NCBI GenBank assembly: GCA_027312165.1
Contig: DAICXN010000003.1
Span: 1,842 to 65,841 of the forward strand
Direction: 5' to 3'
Source of the DNA: Candidatus Saccharimonadota bacterium
GTDB lineage: Bacteria; Patescibacteriota; Saccharimonadia; Saccharimonadales; Saccharimonadaceae
DNA length: 64,000 nt
Positions 59,320-64,000 of the stretch are shown in pieces (position 1 is the stretch's first letter; each line of letters begins with the position of its first letter). Made by a program: the position numbers and the translations under genes. The notes under the pieces are model-generated. The model was not told the DNA's origin and did no database searches. It was given only the letters and a program-made list of their open reading frames with translations.

Positions 59320-60504
59320 TTATCTTAATAGAAACCACCAGGCAGCCATACCACCAGCGGCACCCAAAATTATCAGCAGAACTATCCAGACAACAATCAT
59401 CCAGCCAGATTTCCTATCTTCGGTGTGTTTAAGCGGCTGAGGAGACTCTGCCGCCGCCTCGAAGATACCTTGAGGCTCCGGATCGTCAGTTGTCTCTGCG
59501 GTGTATTGCTGCGCGATATCACCCGCTACCAACGGCCGAGCCGGGGCCAATGTGCCATGTGGACCGACAGGCATGCCTGTTTCGGCAGCCTTAGAATCGA
59601 TCATGGGCTCGGAAGATTCTACTGCGATAACTTCTGGACTAAGCTCTGGTCGCAAAACCGTAGCTGACTCAGCCTGATCCACCTCAGTCTCAGATGCCCA
59701 AGGATCATTTGCCGAGAAAGAAGCATCCTCGCTAGGTTCGGCCTGATTAGACATATCTACGCCGTTAACTTCAGTTGGCTCGCCCGTCTGCTCTAAATCA
59801 GAATATTCAGGCTGAAAGTCTAATGGATCGGGCATATCCGGCTGAGTAGTCTCTACGTCAATCTCTGGGACACTTGGCTCTTGCTCGGTGACAGGCTCTT
59901 CAGGAGACCAGCCTAGTGGTCGCTTGTTAACTGCGACACCCTCAAGGAAAGGCGACTCAAGCGGAGATTGCTCCAGAGAGCTAGTTTCGGCTAAATCGAG
60001 ATTTTCACGAGCATTAAAATCCTCCACTGAAGCGACCTCGAAAGATGCCTCATCAAAATAATCTGGCTCAGCTGGCTTGACTACATCATCTATAGGCGCA
60101 GGCTGGACTGCATCAAAGGTCGGCGTAGTCGGCTGGAGGGCTGGCGCCTCACGCTTTGCTCTCTCAGAAGGAGCGGACGAGGTAACAGAACCGCGCTGAT
60201 TTGAAGGCGACGAAGTAACAACATCCATAAAGCGACCACCAGACCGAGGCATAACACTCGGACGAGCAGACTGAGTGACCGCTGGCCTTTGCTGGCTAGT
60301 CTGAACGGCCTCATTGCGCTCGCCACTACTTAACGACTGCTTATCAACTCCGTCAGAGACCCTGTCGGATGTAGCCTGTCGTGGAGTGCTGTTGTTTGGA
60401 CTGCTATCAGATTTAGGCTCTGCGCTGTCTTTTGCTGTCGAAGACTGCTGATTCATCAGAGAGTTTACCGCCTTATCTAGCTCCTCAAAGTCAATATCCG
60501 TCAC
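59320..60504 (-). CDS. Acidic, Pro/Ser-rich disordered protein with C-terminal TM anchor
   Basis: Low-complexity body; terminal TM WMIVVWIVLLIILGAAGGMAAWWFLLR; overlaps the tpiA stop. Confidence 0.8.
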   Translation of the reverse strand: MTDIDFEELDKAVNSLMNQQSSTAKDSAEPKSDSSPNNSTPRQATSDRVSDGVDKQSLSSGERNEAVQTSQQRPAVTQSARPSVMPRSGGRFMDVVTSSPSNQRGSVTSSAPSERAKREAPALQPTTPTFDAVQPAPIDDVVKPAEPDYFDEASFEVASVEDFNARENLDLAETSSLEQSPLESPFLEGVAVNKRPLGWSPEEPVTEQEPSVPEIDVETTQPDMPDPLDFQPEYSDLEQTGEPTEVNGVDMSNQAEPSEDASFSANDPWASETEVDQAESATVLRPELSPEVIAVESSEPMIDSKAAETGMPVGPHGTLAPARPLVAGDIAQQYTAETTDDPEPQGIFEAAAESPQPLKHTEDRKSGWMIVVWIVLLIILGAAGGMAAWWFLLR

Positions 60505-61274
60505 GATGCCCTCCCGCCTTCTAGTTTATACGCCATGTCTACAATCTCTGAGAACTGATGAGCGTCTAGGCTTGCTCCGCCGATTAACAACCCGTCAACC
60601 TGATCTAGCGATAGGTAGCTCTGAGCGTTATCAATATTAACGCTACCGCCATAGATAACTCTGACTTCTTTAGTTGCCCTAGCGCCAAATAGCTGATTTA
60701 TCTGGTGACGAATAATCCTGACCGCCTCCTTAACGTCATCCGGCGTAGCGTTATTGCCCGTACCGATTGCCCACACAGGCTCATAGGCAATTACTAATTC
60801 ATCCAACTCGTCAGCTGTTAGATTGGCCAGTCCGCCGACTAGCTGATCGTGCAAAACATCTCTGGTTTCGCCATTAGCCCGCTCCGAGGCAGTTTCGCCC
60901 ACGCAGAGCACTGGCTGCAAATGATTGCGAACTGCAGACTGAACCTTTGCCCTGGTTTCTTTATCTGACTCCATAAACAGGTACCGGCGCTCAGAATGAC
61001 CAATCAAAACATAATCGACAATTCCCCTCAGGTGGGCAGCTGGCACTTCGCCGGTGTAAGCCCCCTGGTCACGCCAGTAACTATTTTGAGCAGCTAGCTT
61101 AAATTGACGCCGATTTACCTGGAGGCTGAGAGACTGAAGAGTTAGCATGGTTGGCGCCAAAACCACGTCAACTGTGCGTTGTGCCGGGATAAGCTCGGAT
61201 AGCTTATGTAAATACAGGCTTGCCTCCTGCATATTCAGATTCATTTTCCAGTTGCCGATGATGAGCTTTTTCAT
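60501..61274 (-). CDS. tpiA: Triosephosphate isomerase
   Basis: GNWKMN, GHSERR, AYEPVWAIGTG, YGGSV and GGASL motifs. Confidence 0.98.
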   Translation of the reverse strand: MKKLIIGNWKMNLNMQEASLYLHKLSELIPAQRTVDVVLAPTMLTLQSLSLQVNRRQFKLAAQNSYWRDQGAYTGEVPAAHLRGIVDYVLIGHSERRYLFMESDKETRAKVQSAVRNHLQPVLCVGETASERANGETRDVLHDQLVGGLANLTADELDELVIAYEPVWAIGTGNNATPDDVKEAVRIIRHQINQLFGARATKEVRVIYGGSVNIDNAQSYLSLDQVDGLLIGGASLDAHQFSEIVDMAYKLEGGRAS

Positions 61275-61290
61275 ATATTCTCGCTTATGC

Positions 61291-62541
61291 TTAGTGTAAC
61301 ACTCCCGGGCCATATGCGTCTAGTAAACTTTCCACACCCGGTAATTTTTGGCCGGACATTAATTCCATACTAGCGCCGCCGCCAGTTGAAACATGCGTGA
61401 AACTCTCTCCATCTCCGCCATCCCACTTCAACACAAAGTCCGCCGTATCGCCTCCGCCGACTATTGATACGGCCGATTGATTAGAGGCGATAGCAAGAGC
61501 TGTCCTAGCTGATCCAAAAGAAAAGCTCTCGATTGTCGAATAACCAACCGGACCATTCCAGATAACGGTGCCGGCTTGCTTAATAATGGAACTAAATCGC
61601 TCGATTGACTCACTACCTATATCTAGAGCCATTTCATCTTCAGCGATTCGATCGACAGAGACTTCTCGCCTAGGTTGATCTTTGTCGCTGGTATTCGCGC
61701 CGACGGCAACATCAGAAGGCAAGACTATAAAATCATCTACCGAACCTTCGCCGACCTTACCTGAGGCTTTTGCGTAGATATCGCGCAGAACTTCTTCTTG
61801 ACCCGGCTCCCATACACTCTTGCCGACATTGTAGCCCTTAAACTGGAGGAAAGTATTTGCCATGGCACCACCGATCAAGACCTTGTCAGCTCGGTCGATC
61901 AAGCGCCTAATTAAATCGATCTTGTCACTGATTTTTGCCCCACCAATAACAGCAACCAGGGGCCGAGATGGCTGGTCCATTGAGCGAGTAATCATGGTGT
62001 ATTCTTTTTCCAGCAATAAACCAGCAAAGCTCGGTAGGCACATTGTTATGGCATGGGTGCTGGCATGAGCTCGATGAGCTGCACCGAAACCATCCTGAAC
62101 AAAAAATGCCGCTCCAGTACTCTTTACTATAGACTTGGCAAAATTCATGTCATCAGCCTCCTCCTCGGGATAGTAGCGCAGGTTCTCTAGCAATATGACA
62201 CTACCGCAAGGACTATGCCTTACGGTCTGACGCACCTTATCGCCGACGCAGTCGTCGATAAACTTAACTGATTGGCCCAAAAGCTCAGCCAAGCGAGCTG
62301 CGACGGGAGCCAAACTAAGCGAAGCATCCCTCCCCTCGGGCCGACCCATGTGGCTAATTAAAACAAGACGGCACTGGCTCTCAAGGAGGTAGCGTATAGT
62401 TGGCAGGCTGGCACGAATACGCAGATCATCCGCAATCGTGCCGTCATCATTCATCGGCACGTTGTAATCTACTCGCACCAATACAGTTTCTCGCTCTACG
62501 TCAACGTCGCGAATCGTCTGCTTGAAAAAATGTTTGCCCAC
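61291..62541 (-). CDS. pgk: Phosphoglycerate kinase
   Basis: RVDYNVP, SHMGRP, LLENLR, GGAKISDK and HVSTGGGAS motifs. Confidence 0.98.
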   Translation of the reverse strand: MGKHFFKQTIRDVDVERETVLVRVDYNVPMNDDGTIADDLRIRASLPTIRYLLESQCRLVLISHMGRPEGRDASLSLAPVAARLAELLGQSVKFIDDCVGDKVRQTVRHSPCGSVILLENLRYYPEEEADDMNFAKSIVKSTGAAFFVQDGFGAAHRAHASTHAITMCLPSFAGLLLEKEYTMITRSMDQPSRPLVAVIGGAKISDKIDLIRRLIDRADKVLIGGAMANTFLQFKGYNVGKSVWEPGQEEVLRDIYAKASGKVGEGSVDDFIVLPSDVAVGANTSDKDQPRREVSVDRIAEDEMALDIGSESIERFSSIIKQAGTVIWNGPVGYSTIESFSFGSARTALAIASNQSAVSIVGGGDTADFVLKWDGGDGESFTHVSTGGGASMELMSGQKLPGVESLLDAYGPGVLH

Positions 62542-62553
62542 CCTGGTTCCTTC

Positions 62554-63975
62554 TTATATTACACGCACCTGAATATTATTAGTTGTGCCTGGCTTGCCTG
62601 GACTGTGGCCACTAACTAGAACCACAGTAACGGGCTCACCAGAGAAGTAGCCTTCAGCCTTTAGCTCCTCAGCCAGCTTTCCAGCTGATTCAAAGCCGCT
62701 TGGCCTGACATAAGATCGAGTCGCATAGTTCAGCGCTAGCTTTTGAGCAGTAGTCTGATGATCGGTTACACTAATAATCGGTAGGTTTGGTCGAAAAGCC
62801 GCGATATTAACCGCTGTCGCACCACTGCTAGTTTCAGCGATAATTGCCTGCGCATTAATGTCTTGAGCAAGACGCACCGCAGAATAACTAATTGCCGCAT
62901 CTGTGCGCTGCCTAGCCTCACCTTTGTCAACGGCCATCACCTCGCTATGCTCTTGAGTGTACATAATTGCACTTCGCATAGCTTTCACTGTCTCTACCGG
63001 ATACTTTCCGTTGGCAGTTTCGTCCGACAACATAACGGTGTCGGCGCCCTGAATAACGGCATTTGCCACATCACTGATCTCAGCACGAGTTGGCTCAGGA
63101 TTGTCAACCATGCTGCCCATCATCTGAGTAGCCACGATGCCCAGCTTGCCGTGCTTTCGACAAAGCGCAATAATTCGACGCTGAACCACTGGCACTACTT
63201 CAGCACCAGCCTCAACCGCCAGGTCGCCTCGAGCCACCATAACGCCATCGCTAACCCGAATAATTTCCTCTAGATTCTCAGGCCTAATTGCCGATTTAGT
63301 CTCAATCTTAGATACGATATGGGCGTTTGACCCAAGTGCCGCAAGACGAGCTCGAAGATCAATGATGTCGCCTGCTGTTTGCACAAAACTAAGCGCCACA
63401 TAGTCAAAATCCTGACCTGCGCCCCACTCCAAATCCTCAATATCCTTCTGACTCAAAATATCACCACCAAAGTCAGTATCCGGTAGGTTTAGTCCTTTGC
63501 GGCTCATTAAAAATCCATCGTTTTGGATCTCTACCCTTACCGCGGTAGAGCTAGGAATTTCCGTTACCACTGAACGTATTTTGCCGTCAAACATGTACAG
63601 CGGCTCGCCGACTTTCATCTTTTCGGCTAAGTTAAATTGGACAGGAAGCGTCATTCCACCGTCATGCTCTTTGAGGCTAGAGTCAAGCGTCAATATGTCG
63701 CCGTGCTTGACGTTTAGCATGTTGTCCTTTAGGATGCCGAGTCGTATCTTAGGACCTTGTAGGTCCTGTAGAATTGCAACTGGCTTGCCTAACTTTTCGC
63801 TAGACTCACGAATCCACGAGATTTGCTCCAATCGATCTGGCTCACCACCATGGCTAAAGTTAATCCGAAAACCGTTGACACCAGCTTCCATGATTGCCTG
63901 TATTTTTTCGGGACTATGGGTGGCAGGTCCAACAGTCGCCAAGATCTTGGTGCGTTTAAAAACTGTATTACTCAT
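62554..63975 (-). CDS. pyk: Pyruvate kinase
   Basis: RTKILATVGPA, DLQGPKIR, MVARGDL and MLSDETANGKYP motifs. Confidence 0.98.
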   Translation of the reverse strand: MSNTVFKRTKILATVGPATHSPEKIQAIMEAGVNGFRINFSHGGEPDRLEQISWIRESSEKLGKPVAILQDLQGPKIRLGILKDNMLNVKHGDILTLDSSLKEHDGGMTLPVQFNLAEKMKVGEPLYMFDGKIRSVVTEIPSSTAVRVEIQNDGFLMSRKGLNLPDTDFGGDILSQKDIEDLEWGAGQDFDYVALSFVQTAGDIIDLRARLAALGSNAHIVSKIETKSAIRPENLEEIIRVSDGVMVARGDLAVEAGAEVVPVVQRRIIALCRKHGKLGIVATQMMGSMVDNPEPTRAEISDVANAVIQGADTVMLSDETANGKYPVETVKAMRSAIMYTQEHSEVMAVDKGEARQRTDAAISYSAVRLAQDINAQAIIAETSSGATAVNIAAFRPNLPIISVTDHQTTAQKLALNYATRSYVRPSGFESAGKLAEELKAEGYFSGEPVTVVLVSGHSPGKPGTTNNIQVRVI

Positions 63976-64000
63976 GGTTTTCAGTATAGCACCACATCTG

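Noticed and set aside
1-64000. Numerous antisense or nested ORFs in the track, CRISPR arrays, and stop-codon recoding
   Set aside because: The ORFs shadow well-supported genes. No regularly spaced direct repeats were seen. Conserved genes are full length under code 11, and some end in TGA.

Overview
A 64-kb chromosomal window, mostly minus-strand, from a small-genome Patescibacteria member, most likely Saccharibacteria/TM7 (inferred from gene content and protein style, not from a search). It is mainly housekeeping: trmD, khpA, rnc, nusB, rpmF, leuS, a Mur ligase, ligA, htpX-lemA, three tRNAs, secG, uvrC, uvrA, trhO, rplY, sbcB, obgE, mltG, ruvX, an ftsA paralogue, alaS, rpsP, mnmA, iscS, tatD, metG, rsmA, pcrA and pyk-pgk-tpiA. 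Single ORFan genes with their own promoters are interspersed. I saw no CRISPR array, integrase or transposase. The strongest unexplained signal is an ORF-free ~520-nt transcription unit between obgE and sbcB (35591-36148). It has a near-consensus promoter, a boxA-like motif, a 13-bp long-range closing helix, many hairpins and a terminator, so it is a candidate large ncRNA that I could not assign to a known class. Other points: a WxL/DUF916-type surface cluster whose third gene is frameshifted in a G7 tract, pervasive leaderless promoters, Cys-free versions of normally zinc-binding motifs, an FtsA-paralogue/baseplate-J-like/MltG operon, ART-like and degenerate PP2C-like ORFans, and a structured leader ahead of a LysM-CHAP hydrolase. 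All calls come from reading the sequence by eye; no database search or folding computation was run.
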